From positions 1 to 42,539 of the IMG/VR virus record IMGVR_UViG_3300045988_141277: DNA of 42,539 nucleotides; one strand, written 5' to 3'. The notes beneath the pieces are model-generated. The model saw only the letters and a list, made by a program, of their open reading frames with translations. It had not been told where the DNA came from and searched no databases. Position 1 is the stretch's first letter; every line of letters begins with the position of its first letter. Below are positions 18,205-27,768 of this stretch, one piece after another. Both the position numbers and the translations under genes were made by a program. Source of the DNA: a virus.

Positions 18205-18309
18205 AGTCAAAATATCTGAGGCTGTTCCTAAATCTGTAGCCCCTATTTTTGCTAAATTTAATGTTGATTGTACTCCGTCAAGCATTTCTTGAGTTGACCA
18301 ACCAGCCAT
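18205..18309 (-). CDS. tape measure protein, exon 2 (35 codons)
   Basis: MAGWSTQEMLDGVQSTLNLAKIGATDLGTASDILT is conserved TMP core sequence. The rest of track ORF 18040..18309 is read-through into the intron. Confidence 0.75.
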
Positions 18310-18571
18310 CTAAACTTCATTGTCTAGGCTCTTTATCCTAGAACTTAGGTTTCCCTAAGAGTTGGACTATTTCTTTACCTTCAACTTCACTTGTTAAGGT
18401 AGTGGATTTCGTGGATATTTCAACTGTTCTAGTTTACTTTATCTAGTCTCTAAACCTTCTATATATCCCTATATAGATTGGTAATTGATTAGCATATCTT
18501 TTGACTTAGCTTTCCAATTTTAACCCACTATTTTTTACTATAAATTTCTTTATAGCCGACCATGTATGTTT
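18310..18571 (-). mobile_element. group I intron 1 (262 nt, no ORF), paralogous to intron 2
   Basis: R GGUUUAGAGACUAGA (18442..18456). S AAAUAGUCC (18364..18372, revcomp of plus ggactattt). The 5' exon ends GGCU and pairs with GGUC. The terminal nucleotide is G. GNRA-capped P2, P6 and P9 helices covary with those of intron 2. Confidence 0.8.
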
Positions 18572-19189
18572 AGCCATATATTGCATTGCTTGGCCCACTT
18601 GACTAGCGCTAAATGTAGTAGCAGCTCCTAATTCTCTAGCTTTTGCAACTAGCTGGTCAAATTCAGTTCCTACACTTCCAGCTATTGTAGCAACTGTTTT
18701 CATTTGTGATTCAAAGTTTGCTCCAGTTGTTATAAGACTTGAAAGATTAAAATCAAATCCTGTTAACTCACTAAAAGCATCTTTGACTGCATTTATCGAG
18801 GTGAGCATACCTTGAAACACAGGGGAGACTGTATCTTTTATGTTGTTAAGCCCTTCAAAAAACCTCTGTTTTCCAGCATCATATAACTTTTTAGTAGCAA
18901 CAGTTAAAGCAGCCACAACTACAAGGGCTTTTGCTGGTCCAGGTAATGCTTTAAATACTTGTCCTAAATTAGATGCTTTAGTTTTAACTTCTTCTAGCTT
19001 TTTGCCAAAGTCAGAAGCTCCTAATGCATCACTCAATTTACTATTGCCAGTCGCCTTTTTAATGCTTTCTGACATATCCTGAATTGATTTTCTAGCATCT
19101 TGCATTTTTGTTTTGAAGGAAGCTATATCAGCATTAATCTTTACATTTAAAACTTTAGTTGCTATTTTCACCACCTCCAAATTTTTCAA
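18572..19189 (-). CDS. tape measure protein, exon 1
   Basis: It ends ...ATTFSASQVGQAMQYMA. The remaining 22 codons of track ORF 18506..19189 are intron sequence. The exact start is uncertain because the track start is a TTG. Confidence 0.75.
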
Positions 19190-19442
19190 ATAAATTATTT
19201 ATATATGCCAAGTTTTCTTCTCTTTGTTTTTTACTTACTTTATGAGCTTCTTTTTTACTCTTAGCACTCTCAAAAGGATTGATAGGCTTGAATTTATCCC
19301 CTCCAAATGCCATTCCTAAAGCATTTTGTAAGCAACATAGACTTAAGTTATATTGCTCTTGTTGTTCTTTTTTATAGCCTTCTAGTGCTAAATTAGCTTC
19401 ATATATAGTTAGATGCCAAAAAGAAGAAGGTGGCATTTTCAT
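19155..19442 (-). CDS. tail assembly chaperone, -1 frame extension (gpT-like part of a G-T fusion)
   Basis: The frame stays open upstream to the slippery site at 19493..19499. It lies between the major tail and TMP genes. Confidence 0.7.
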   Translation of the reverse strand: MKMPPSSFWHLTIYEANLALEGYKKEQQEQYNLSLCCLQNALGMAFGGDKFKPINPFESAKSKKEAHKVSKKQREENLAYINNLFEKFGGGENSN

Positions 19443-19489
19443 ACCACCTACTAACTTTTTATATAGATTCTCAATTAGCTCTTTGAGTT

Positions 19490-19837
19490 CTACTTTCCCT
19501 CTTCACTTTCTTCTGTATTATTTTCTTCATTGTTTTCTATTGCATCATCTGTGTCAATTCCTAAATCTTCCACCACAGCTGTGGTTATTATATTCATTAC
19601 ATCTGCTATTGAGTTGCCTTCTGCTATATAAGCATTTATTAATTTTCCAGCCATACCATCTGTTATTTTGTTATTTTGTTCTAATAATCCATAACGAAAT
19701 GATTTTATTACATGGTGTGGAGATTTTGTAAGTACATTCAAGTCCTCAAATACATTTAAGCCATTAAGGTACATTTTATCAAGTGTATTCATTGTGTATT
19801 TTAATTCATAGTCTCTTCCATTTATATTTAATATCAT
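19490..19837 (-). CDS. tail assembly chaperone (gpG-like)
   Basis: Conserved position upstream of the TMP gene. It has an acidic C-terminus and ends GGGAAAG-TAG. Confidence 0.75.
   Translation of the reverse strand: MILNINGRDYELKYTMNTLDKMYLNGLNVFEDLNVLTKSPHHVIKSFRYGLLEQNNKITDGMAGKLINAYIAEGNSIADVMNIITTAVVEDLGIDTDDAIENNEENNTEESEEGK
19493..19499 (-). promoter_or_regulatory. programmed -1 ribosomal frameshift heptamer G GGA AAG
   Basis: The X_XXY_YYZ slippery sequence sits immediately before the stop codon. The -1 frame is open into ORF 19155..19442. Confidence 0.75.
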
Positions 19838-19846
19838 ATATTCCTC

Positions 19847-20287
19847 CTAAATAGCACTAGCTTTTTCTAATTTGCCGTTTCCATCGAAACTTAAATCATA
19901 TGTAAGGGCATCATCATAAGGTGCATCTAAATCCAAGCCTACTATATAAGCTTTACCCTTAAATCCTACTGTATTTGTTTTATTAGCTAGCACTACATCA
20001 ACTGCAGTAGAACTTAATACCGCATCAACTGCAGCATCGTAGCCTTCATCTCCAGTATAATAAAATCCATCGCAAGTAGCTGACCATTCTTTAGCTCCAG
20101 ATATTTTTCTTTTCCAATCTCCTGATGTTTTTGTAGATGTATCTATGGAATCAGCTTTAATGGATAATTTACAGTTCTTTTGGCCACCTATAGCCTTACC
20201 ACCAGCAGATACAATTATATCTAAACCTCTTATAACTTCTCCAGTATCGCCTTCACCAGCTAATAATTGTAAGTTGTCTAGTTTCAT
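19847..20287 (-). CDS. major tail protein
   Basis: 146 aa, assigned by gene order (directly upstream of the chaperone pair). Confidence 0.7.
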   Translation of the reverse strand: MKLDNLQLLAGEGDTGEVIRGLDIIVSAGGKAIGGQKNCKLSIKADSIDTSTKTSGDWKRKISGAKEWSATCDGFYYTGDEGYDAAVDAVLSSTAVDVVLANKTNTVGFKGKAYIVGLDLDAPYDDALTYDLSFDGNGKLEKASAI

Positions 20288-20676
20288 ACTATCACTCCTT
20301 TCATTTGAGTTTCTATTCTATAAATCAAAATGCCGTGGTAATATTTACCCTCGGCATCTTTTTGCTCTAATATTTCACTTGAACTTAAATACAAGAAAGC
20401 TTGCATATTTTCAAGTGTAATTGTTTTGTTTTGAAGCAAGTCATTAACCTGTTTCATAATTTGCATTACTTCTTTTTTACCTCTGTATTCTGAAAAAACA
20501 TCTATGTATTGATAATCCTTGTAAGCTAAATTTATCTTAGTTGAATTATCACCACCTCTATTTACTCCAAGCTTAATATAAGGGCATTTAGCATTCTTAG
20601 GTACATCATCATACACAGGATAAGACAATGTACTTAATAATGCATATAACTTTTCTTGTAATTCTATAGAAATCAT
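20284..20676 (-). CDS. tail completion / tail terminator protein
   Basis: Assigned by gene order and by overlapping start/stop coupling with its neighbours. Confidence 0.5.
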   Translation of the reverse strand: MISIELQEKLYALLSTLSYPVYDDVPKNAKCPYIKLGVNRGGDNSTKINLAYKDYQYIDVFSEYRGKKEVMQIMKQVNDLLQNKTITLENMQAFLYLSSSEILEQKDAEGKYYHGILIYRIETQMKGVIV

Positions 20677-21023
20677 TATTCTAATAACCTTTCTATAATT
20701 TCATCAAGTGCATCATCGAATTTTTCCTCATTCTTTTCAACTGCTGAATCAAAATAAGGCTGTGCTTCTTGATATCTAGTTCCGCTGTTTACATAATCAG
20801 CATATTCAACGTTAGTTCCTACTTCACCACTATAAGTAGAAATTATATTAGTAGTTATAGATCCACGTAATCGCCCTGTATCTACAGGGCAGTCTCTTTT
20901 TGCATCCTTTTCGATATTATACAAGGTATCTTTTACTAATTTACTTACATCTTTTTCAACTGTATCAGTGTTATTGAATTTTCTTAGTAATTTTTCAGCA
21001 TCTGAGGTTATTTTAATTTCCAT
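20676..21023 (-). CDS. HK97 gp10-family head-tail joining protein
   Basis: Motif ...NIEKDAKRDCPVDTGRLRGSI... and gene order. Confidence 0.65.
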   Translation of the reverse strand: MEIKITSDAEKLLRKFNNTDTVEKDVSKLVKDTLYNIEKDAKRDCPVDTGRLRGSITTNIISTYSGEVGTNVEYADYVNSGTRYQEAQPYFDSAVEKNEEKFDDALDEIIERLLE

Positions 21024-21334
21024 TAATCATCACGCTCCATAACAATCATGTAGCATTTATTATAGTCAGCAACTGATTCTTTTTTATAATGTTTATTTCC
21101 ATATAAAACATAAAAATCTTCATCAAGATCCAGTAATTTATCCAGCTTTTCTTGTGTAAACAATTTATTTTTAGAATAAGTCGCTAACCTTCCAGCCGAA
21201 TCAATTTCACTAATAGTAAAAGGTGCTACCTTACATTTAATAGATTTAATTCCTACATCTTTTGTAGTATAGCCACCTAAACCATCTTCAATTAATTCTT
21301 TTTTATATATAACTGCACTATCTCTATAATCCAT
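21023..21334 (-). CDS. head closure / head-tail adaptor protein
   Basis: Assigned by gene order. 103 aa. Confidence 0.5.
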   Translation of the reverse strand: MDYRDSAVIYKKELIEDGLGGYTTKDVGIKSIKCKVAPFTISEIDSAGRLATYSKNKLFTQEKLDKLLDLDEDFYVLYGNKHYKKESVADYNKCYMIVMERDD

Positions 21335-21655
21335 TTATAACATCCTTAGCTTCTTTATTCTTGTATTGTTTGCCTTATATTGTTTTAGCAGTGGTTTATA
21401 CTCATAAAAATCATCAGACTTGTAAGAAGTCGAAAGGACATCTATTTTTTCCGTAGATATCCCTTCACTTCCTAATCTTCTGTATCTTTTTATGGCTACT
21501 TCCTCAGCTATAAATTCAAGCTCAGTGGGTATTGTAGGGCTTTCTATATACACACTCATGTAATTTATAGCATCTGACAATAAAATAGCCAACAATTCAT
21601 CTTGTGAATCATCGGCTTGCAAACCTAATTTTATTTTTATCTTAGAAATATCCAT
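21335..21655 (-). CDS. gp6-like head-tail connector protein
   Basis: Assigned by its position immediately downstream of the capsid gene. 106 aa. Confidence 0.55.
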   Translation of the reverse strand: MDISKIKIKLGLQADDSQDELLAILLSDAINYMSVYIESPTIPTELEFIAEEVAIKRYRRLGSEGISTEKIDVLSTSYKSDDFYEYKPLLKQYKANNTRIKKLRML

Positions 21656-21667
21656 TTAAATTACCTA

Positions 21668-22582
21668 TTAAGCAGCTGATTTTTTAACGCATATTTGTAT
21701 CGCATCAACTCTTTTGTTTAAGATAAATACATCTTCGAATGATTCTTCAAAGTATACATATTTACCTTGTGATAATGCACTTGGTGGTTGAAGTTGTGCG
21801 AATGAATAAGAAACTATAGGTAATATAGCACTTGGATGCAATAATATCATTGCTATATCTTTAGCAGTTGATTTAGCTACAAATCCTCCATCAGTTTGTC
21901 CAGATGTTTTACCATTATTAAATGTATATTCTGTTTTAAAAAGAGCTGTTGGTACAGAAACTATATCAACTTCTTCTATTCTTGATACATTTCTAGCTAG
22001 TTTTTTATCTCCGTTGTTTCTAACTATAGCTATAGCATTGTCAATTAAAGTTTTTGTATATGTATCGCAATATAAAACCCTTCCACTTACTGGCACTAAT
22101 GCTTCATCCATAGCATCCATCATAGCATCAAATTTAGTCAATACTGTATTTGCTGTTAAATCAGCAGTTTCAGCAGTTATTGCTTTTTGTGCATTTCTTA
22201 AACTATATATAGTAGAGAACATCATTGCATCTAGCTCAGGAAACTTTTTAGTTTCATTCATTACTTTTGTAATGTTGCTTATAGATGCTACCATATTAGT
22301 TTGATTTACATCTTGTGGATGTACTAATGTTTGCCAAATTCTATGGTTAGTAAGTGTTTTAGTTTCCCATTCATTTGAGAAGTTTTGAGAGAAATCACCT
22401 ATTTTAGTTCTATCTCCGTCAACTCTACCTCCAGTAGATAAAAGTGGTATTTTTATAGTCTTTGCATCTACTATTTTGTATTTTCTTGTATTTTCGTTGC
22501 TCCATAATGCTCCTGAGTATAAGACATATGGATAAGCATTTGCAAGCTCTCTGCTATAAGCTTCTGCATAATTTACTGTCAT
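21668..22582 (-). CDS. major capsid protein
   Basis: 304 aa, following the scaffold gene. It has a strong RBS. Confidence 0.75.
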   Translation of the reverse strand: MTVNYAEAYSRELANAYPYVLYSGALWSNENTRKYKIVDAKTIKIPLLSTGGRVDGDRTKIGDFSQNFSNEWETKTLTNHRIWQTLVHPQDVNQTNMVASISNITKVMNETKKFPELDAMMFSTIYSLRNAQKAITAETADLTANTVLTKFDAMMDAMDEALVPVSGRVLYCDTYTKTLIDNAIAIVRNNGDKKLARNVSRIEEVDIVSVPTALFKTEYTFNNGKTSGQTDGGFVAKSTAKDIAMILLHPSAILPIVSYSFAQLQPPSALSQGKYVYFEESFEDVFILNKRVDAIQICVKKSAA

Positions 22583-22599
22583 TTACATCATCCTTTCTA

Positions 22600-23217
22600 T
22601 TATTTTCTAGGTCTTACACCTGTGAAGTTAAACCCAAATACATCTCCATTAGTTTGTTCAGCTGGTTTTACTGGTGGTTTACTTCTTAATCTATCATCAA
22701 CTGCCTTTTTAACGGCATTTTGGAAGGCTTTTTCAACTGCTTCAATAGAAGCATTGCAAGTTTCTGCATCTGAAAAGTTAAGAGCATCAATTAACTCTTT
22801 TGGTAAATTCTTTTCTGCTAATGTTTCATAAGCTTGAGCTTTTAACTCTCTAGTAGTTATGTCTTTTTCCCTTTTGTCTAGATCTTTTGACCTTTTATCT
22901 TGCTCGTATTTAGCTTTTTCATCAGCATTCATTTTTTTAAGCTTTTCAGCTTCTGTTATTTTTTCTTGTTGTTGTGTTTCCCACTCAGTTTGAGCAGTTT
23001 GTAAAGCTTGTTTTAATCTTTTATCAAACTCAGCTTTATAATCTTTATTTTGGCCTAATACATCGTCAAATGAAGGTGTATTATTTTCTGTTGCTCCTGT
23101 ATTAGAGCCTTCACCAGCTCCAGCATCAGTGTTATTTGTTCCACCATCTGTTTGACTTGGTGTTCCACCTCCAGCATCAGCCATTAACTGTAAATTCATT
23201 TTTAAACCTTTTGACAT
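22600..23217 (-). CDS. capsid scaffolding protein
   Basis: Charged, helical, E/K-rich coiled-coil protein between the minor head and capsid genes. Confidence 0.7.
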   Translation of the reverse strand: MSKGLKMNLQLMADAGGGTPSQTDGGTNNTDAGAGEGSNTGATENNTPSFDDVLGQNKDYKAEFDKRLKQALQTAQTEWETQQQEKITEAEKLKKMNADEKAKYEQDKRSKDLDKREKDITTRELKAQAYETLAEKNLPKELIDALNFSDAETCNASIEAVEKAFQNAVKKAVDDRLRSKPPVKPAEQTNGDVFGFNFTGVRPRK

Positions 23218-23332
23218 AGTTACCTCCTATTCAACATTAGTAAACTTTTTTATCATATCAGCATAAGCTTTTGCATCTAGTCATTAATTCCTTCCTTATA
23301 CTCTATAACTGGAATAACTGTACAGCGAAATA

Positions 23333-24241
23333 TTAGGTTCGACAGAAACAATGAAATGGTGGAACATTACTACCATAACTTATTTCTTCGATTTTAACCA
23401 CCTCCCTATCCATGCTTTCACAGTCAGCACATGTTCTTTCATCAAATGCAACACATATCTCTAAGGCCTTTACTCCATTGTCTTTATATCCATCAACATG
23501 GCCTTTGGTCATAAAAAAATTGGTCTCAGTTCGTATAAGCCTTTCAGCTTGATACTTACTAACACCTTCTAATTTCCTTAGCTCCTGTCCCATTTTCTGT
23601 ACTGATTTTCCTTGTATTAATCCTTTTGTTAGTGTTTCCTTTATGTTATTCATTGTAGCTGTCTTATTGCTCCATATACGGCTACTAAACTGTCTACCAC
23701 TCCAAGGATAACTTATTGCATCTTTTATAGCTCTTTTAGGTAATACTTTGTTTGTTACTCCTGCATCAGCTAAAGCTTCTTTGTATGACCTTTTATACAT
23801 TCCTGTTAGATGCTCTGTCATATTCATTTGTACATTATGTGTATTTTTTATAAGCTCTATATCTATTCCATCAAGTAAACTTTGTAGCCTTGTTACTTTG
23901 CCTCTAGCACTCATTATTTTCCATTGTGCTAACACTTCTTCACTTTTAGTAGCTTGATATAACTGTTTTAATTCTTGGACTTTATATCCATACTCTCGCA
24001 TTTCTACTGGAGTTAATAGCTTATTTGATTCTGCATAAGTTAAGTTGTTTTCTATTGCATATTTATTATAGAAGCTATCTAACTCCTTTGATATTTGCAT
24101 ATAAGAATCGTGATAAGCATCAGCCAATTTCTTTACTGCCTTATCCTCAGATAACTTACTTTTCTTGTCTCTATCTAACATTCTTTGATGCCAGTAATCA
24201 CGATTTTTCATTCCTAAGTAATACTTTGCTCTTCTGCCCAT
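23333..24241 (-). CDS. minor head protein (SPP1 gp7 / Mu F-like head morphogenesis)
   Basis: It follows the portal gene. The C-terminal region is ...RLIRTETNFF...CADCE... Confidence 0.7.
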   Translation of the reverse strand: MGRRAKYYLGMKNRDYWHQRMLDRDKKSKLSEDKAVKKLADAYHDSYMQISKELDSFYNKYAIENNLTYAESNKLLTPVEMREYGYKVQELKQLYQATKSEEVLAQWKIMSARGKVTRLQSLLDGIDIELIKNTHNVQMNMTEHLTGMYKRSYKEALADAGVTNKVLPKRAIKDAISYPWSGRQFSSRIWSNKTATMNNIKETLTKGLIQGKSVQKMGQELRKLEGVSKYQAERLIRTETNFFMTKGHVDGYKDNGVKALEICVAFDERTCADCESMDREVVKIEEISYGSNVPPFHCFCRT

Positions 24242-25617
24242 TGAGATTTATCTCCCTCTTTTGGATCATCAACTACATTACTATCAGCATACATATCAAA
24301 CTTTTTCATTTGTTCCTCTTGCTCTTTATCTATCAATTCTATTTCTTGCTTAGGATTTTCAATAAAATCTAACTGAGCTAATAATGTTTCTCTTGAAACT
24401 ATTCCAGATAACTGAGAAACCATTTGAGCCTGTTCTAATGTATTAGTTGGTAATGCTCTAGTAAATGTTATCTTGATAGTTCTGTAATCAATGCTTGTTC
24501 CTTTTATGTTTAAAACAGTGCATATAAGCTCTAGCATTCTTTGGATTGACTTTTTCCATTTGCTCTCTTTCTTGGCCATATCTTTTTCAAGTGCGAATAA
24601 CTTAAATTTAAGTGATACTCCACTAACATTGCCAGCAAACTTTTCATCTGTTAGGTTAGGTGTTTTAGTGACTTTGTGATAGTCATTAACTAATCTATTA
24701 AGCAAGTTTTGAGTATAATCATCATCTACTGTTTTTGTAATAAACTCAGCATCGCCGTCATCTTCAACTAACATAACTCGATTTTCTTTCATATCTTTAA
24801 TATCTTCTTTAGTTGTTCCAGCTAGATTTTTTAACAACAAATAAGCATTATCAAAATACTCTATCTCATTAACTGAACTACTAATAACAGATTCTATTGC
24901 ATCTACTATACTTATTGCATCTTCATAACAGCCTTTTCGGTTTTCATTCTCCATAAATTCAATAACAGGAATGCCATCAAAGTAGTTTTCTTCTATATCT
25001 ACTAACTCTGGTGCTCCTACTTTGCCGTTATAATATTCAATCATATCTTTGTTGTAGACCGTCATATAAACCTTTTGCTCATTATCAGATATATCAGTAT
25101 AGTAATAATATCTTACAGCTCCTACAATATTCTTTTCTAAGCTATTATCATAAACGATAATCATATTATCAGGAGTTTCTGTAGCAAATCTAACATTAGC
25201 TTCTTTATCCATGTATAAAATTAAAAAAGCATGGCCGTATATACTAGTTAATCGGTCAAGCTCTGTGTTTACATCTTGAAAATCATTGTAATCAAGGATA
25301 TTATTTATTGTTTCTGTTACATTATCATCTTCACTAGAAAAAGTAAGAGGCTCTCCACTAAAATAACCAGTTCTTATATCTGTTGTGAAGCTAGGAAGGT
25401 TTACAACTATTTTATTGTTAGGTTTTTTAGGATCTTCCATTGTCCTATTTAAAATTTCGTGATAACCTTCATAATATTTCAAGTTTCTATAATATTTTTC
25501 AGATTTAAACCACTGGTGCTCATTTAATATATTTTGCACATTATCAAGCTCCAGTCTTTCTTTATCCGTAATAAATATAGGTCTTTTTACTTCTTCAAAT
25601 CCTGGTATTAATATCAA
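24214..25617 (-). CDS. portal protein (SPP1 gp6-like)
   Basis: 467 aa, directly after TerL. The C-terminus is acidic. Confidence 0.8.
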   Translation of the reverse strand: MILIPGFEEVKRPIFITDKERLELDNVQNILNEHQWFKSEKYYRNLKYYEGYHEILNRTMEDPKKPNNKIVVNLPSFTTDIRTGYFSGEPLTFSSEDDNVTETINNILDYNDFQDVNTELDRLTSIYGHAFLILYMDKEANVRFATETPDNMIIVYDNSLEKNIVGAVRYYYYTDISDNEQKVYMTVYNKDMIEYYNGKVGAPELVDIEENYFDGIPVIEFMENENRKGCYEDAISIVDAIESVISSSVNEIEYFDNAYLLLKNLAGTTKEDIKDMKENRVMLVEDDGDAEFITKTVDDDYTQNLLNRLVNDYHKVTKTPNLTDEKFAGNVSGVSLKFKLFALEKDMAKKESKWKKSIQRMLELICTVLNIKGTSIDYRTIKITFTRALPTNTLEQAQMVSQLSGIVSRETLLAQLDFIENPKQEIELIDKEQEEQMKKFDMYADSNVVDDPKEGDKSQWAEEQSIT

Positions 25618-25628
25618 TTTCTCACCTC

Positions 25629-26879
25629 CTATATTCCTAAATCAAGTTTTTCTGATTTAATTCTATTTTTCATCTTTGTACTTTCCATAGCATACCTTAG
25701 TGCATCCATTAAATGGTTATAGTCATCTATTGGTTTATTTAATACAACTCCATCTTTATTATCCCAAACGTAGTTATTTAACTCTATCAATGTATTTTCA
25801 CATTTAGGATGTACATATATCTTATAGTCTTGTATGTTCGCTATGCCATTTAAAATAGAATCTTTTCCTTTTAATGCTGCTTTTATCCTTCTTATGCCTT
25901 TTTTCTTTATATCATCAATACTTTTAGGTTCTGAGCTATCGGCTATAATAGTTTCTTTTGCATATCCTTTATATTTAATCATAGAAGCTATATCTGAGTT
26001 GCTCATAGCCTTTTGATAATGTTCATCAAATATATATAATAAATTCTGTTCTTGGTTAACTAAGATACATATAAAAGCTGTTGGGTCATTTGTATAACCA
26101 AAGTCAAGTCCGAAATATGCATTAACACCTTCTTGCTTGCTTATTTCTTTATAATCGAACTCTAATTCTTCAAAGTTTTCATATACAAGGCCTTCAGCTA
26201 TTCCCCAATCTCCTAAGCCTTCTATGTTGTATCTTCTAGGATTATTCTTTTTCATTTTAGCGAATATTCTTCTGTCATCTTCACCTAAGAACTCATTACA
26301 TTTGTAATTTGTTGTTAAAGCTAATATATCTTCATCTTTCACATCAAAAAATCTTTTCTTTAACCAGTGTTTTTCACTCCAAGGGTTAAATGTTAGAGTT
26401 ATTTGTTTAAAATATCCTGGAGGTAATTCACCTCTTATAGACATATCAACTTTATTAAAAGAATCTTCGTCCATTATCTGGAATGCTTCTTCAAACCAGC
26501 ACCAACATAAATATCCAATTTCTACTGTTATAGATGTTATAGACATTGGATCATCTAATCCTCTAAATAAGATTTTCTGTCCTGTAGGTAAATAAGTAGC
26601 TTCTAATGGTGATTTACTAAATTTCCATAAATGTGATACTCCTAAATTATTAGTTGCCCACTTTAATTGGGTCCAAGTTGAATCCTTATGAGTATTAAAT
26701 ACTCTTCTTATTACCAAAGTGTTAGCTAATGGATATTGCATCATTTTGTATATTATCCATTGTGCATTTGTAGTAGATTTTTTACTAGCTCTGCCACCTT
26801 TTACAATCCTATATCTTCCTTTGAAGTTCCAAAATGTTTTATATCCTTTGCCTATCTTCTTAGAAATATCAATCTTCAA
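25629..26879 (-). CDS. terL: terminase large subunit (PBSX/Terminase_3-like)
   Basis: Walker-A-like KGGRASKKS. The start was moved to the TTG at 26879, preceded by GGAGAGG (the track ATG at 26915 overlaps terS by 47 nt). Confidence 0.85.
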   Translation of the reverse strand: MKIDISKKIGKGYKTFWNFKGRYRIVKGGRASKKSTTNAQWIIYKMMQYPLANTLVIRRVFNTHKDSTWTQLKWATNNLGVSHLWKFSKSPLEATYLPTGQKILFRGLDDPMSITSITVEIGYLCWCWFEEAFQIMDEDSFNKVDMSIRGELPPGYFKQITLTFNPWSEKHWLKKRFFDVKDEDILALTTNYKCNEFLGEDDRRIFAKMKKNNPRRYNIEGLGDWGIAEGLVYENFEELEFDYKEISKQEGVNAYFGLDFGYTNDPTAFICILVNQEQNLLYIFDEHYQKAMSNSDIASMIKYKGYAKETIIADSSEPKSIDDIKKKGIRRIKAALKGKDSILNGIANIQDYKIYVHPKCENTLIELNNYVWDNKDGVVLNKPIDDYNHLMDALRYAMESTKMKNRIKSEKLDLGI

Positions 26880-27315
26880 GGTTATCCTCTCCAACAAATA
26901 TAACTTGATTAACATCAGCTTCTATTTTTTCAGTATATAAGCCATATCTTTTACCTAGAAGTTCAGCACATTTATTAGAATCTTTTATAGATATTTTTTT
27001 CTTAACCATTTGAGGCTCACTTGTAAACTCGCCTTTATTCACCATAACTACAACTTCTTCTTCTAATTCCTGTCGCATACCTTTTGTTAAATATTCTAAA
27101 ATTTCCGTTGCATCTGCAATTCTATTATTGCTTATCTCCTCCATTTTTTCTTTTATATATTTTTTTACCGAGTCTTTTCCGAGTAACTTTCTTGCATTAG
27201 CTTCTGCTACCTCTCTTTTACTTGCTTTATACCCAGCTTTAATATATGATTCAGTAGCATTGCCTAACTTAATATAATATTCTGCAAAAGCTTTTTGTTT
27301 TATAGTTAATCCCAC
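26869..27315 (-). CDS. terS: terminase small subunit
   Basis: The N-terminus LTIKQKAFAEYYIKLGNATESYIKAGY is typical of the Terminase_2 HTH. It lies upstream of terL. Confidence 0.8.
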   Translation of the reverse strand: MGLTIKQKAFAEYYIKLGNATESYIKAGYKASKREVAEANARKLLGKDSVKKYIKEKMEEISNNRIADATEILEYLTKGMRQELEEEVVVMVNKGEFTSEPQMVKKKISIKDSNKCAELLGKRYGLYTEKIEADVNQVIFVGEDNLED

Positions 27316-27330
27316 AATGCCACCTCCTTG

Positions 27331-27768
27331 TCATTCTATTCTGGACATAATTAACTTTTCGCACTGCTCTCCTTCATGCTCTTTAGCATGGCATCTGCTG
27401 CATAGTGTTATACCATTATTTATATCAACTCTACCTTTATAATAATCTGCCCAATGTATGATATGATGTGCTTGTAAATTTTCTATCTCTCCGCATTTTA
27501 CACATTTATACTCATCTCTTTTAAAAACAGCTTTCTTCCATTCTCTTACTCTTGGGTCATTTCTATCTTTAACTAATAAATCATCTTTTAATAAATTTCT
27601 CCATCCAGGAAGGTAATGTTTCAATAATAAAGTAGCTGCTTTTATTCTATGCAATTCTATTTTTTCTTCTGTTATCATAATTGCTAATGCATCAAGCACT
27701 ATATTAAATTCTTCTTTAGTCCAATGTATTTCAGATACTTTACCATTTTCGTTATATTTTAGTTTCAC
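27331..27768 (-). CDS. terminase-associated HNH endonuclease
   Basis: CVKCG...LQAHHIIHWADYYKGRVDINNGITLCSRCH is an HNH motif. The gene is adjacent to terS. Confidence 0.85.
   Translation of the reverse strand: MKLKYNENGKVSEIHWTKEEFNIVLDALAIMITEEKIELHRIKAATLLLKHYLPGWRNLLKDDLLVKDRNDPRVREWKKAVFKRDEYKCVKCGEIENLQAHHIIHWADYYKGRVDINNGITLCSRCHAKEHEGEQCEKLIMSRIE

Noticed and set aside
18040-18309. Track ORF of 89 aa, read as an independent gene
   Set aside because: Only the first 35 codons (MAGW...SDILT) are TMP core sequence. The rest is in-frame read-through into group I intron 2. The last 22 codons of ORF 18506..19189 (KHTWSAIKK...) are likewise sequence of intron 1.
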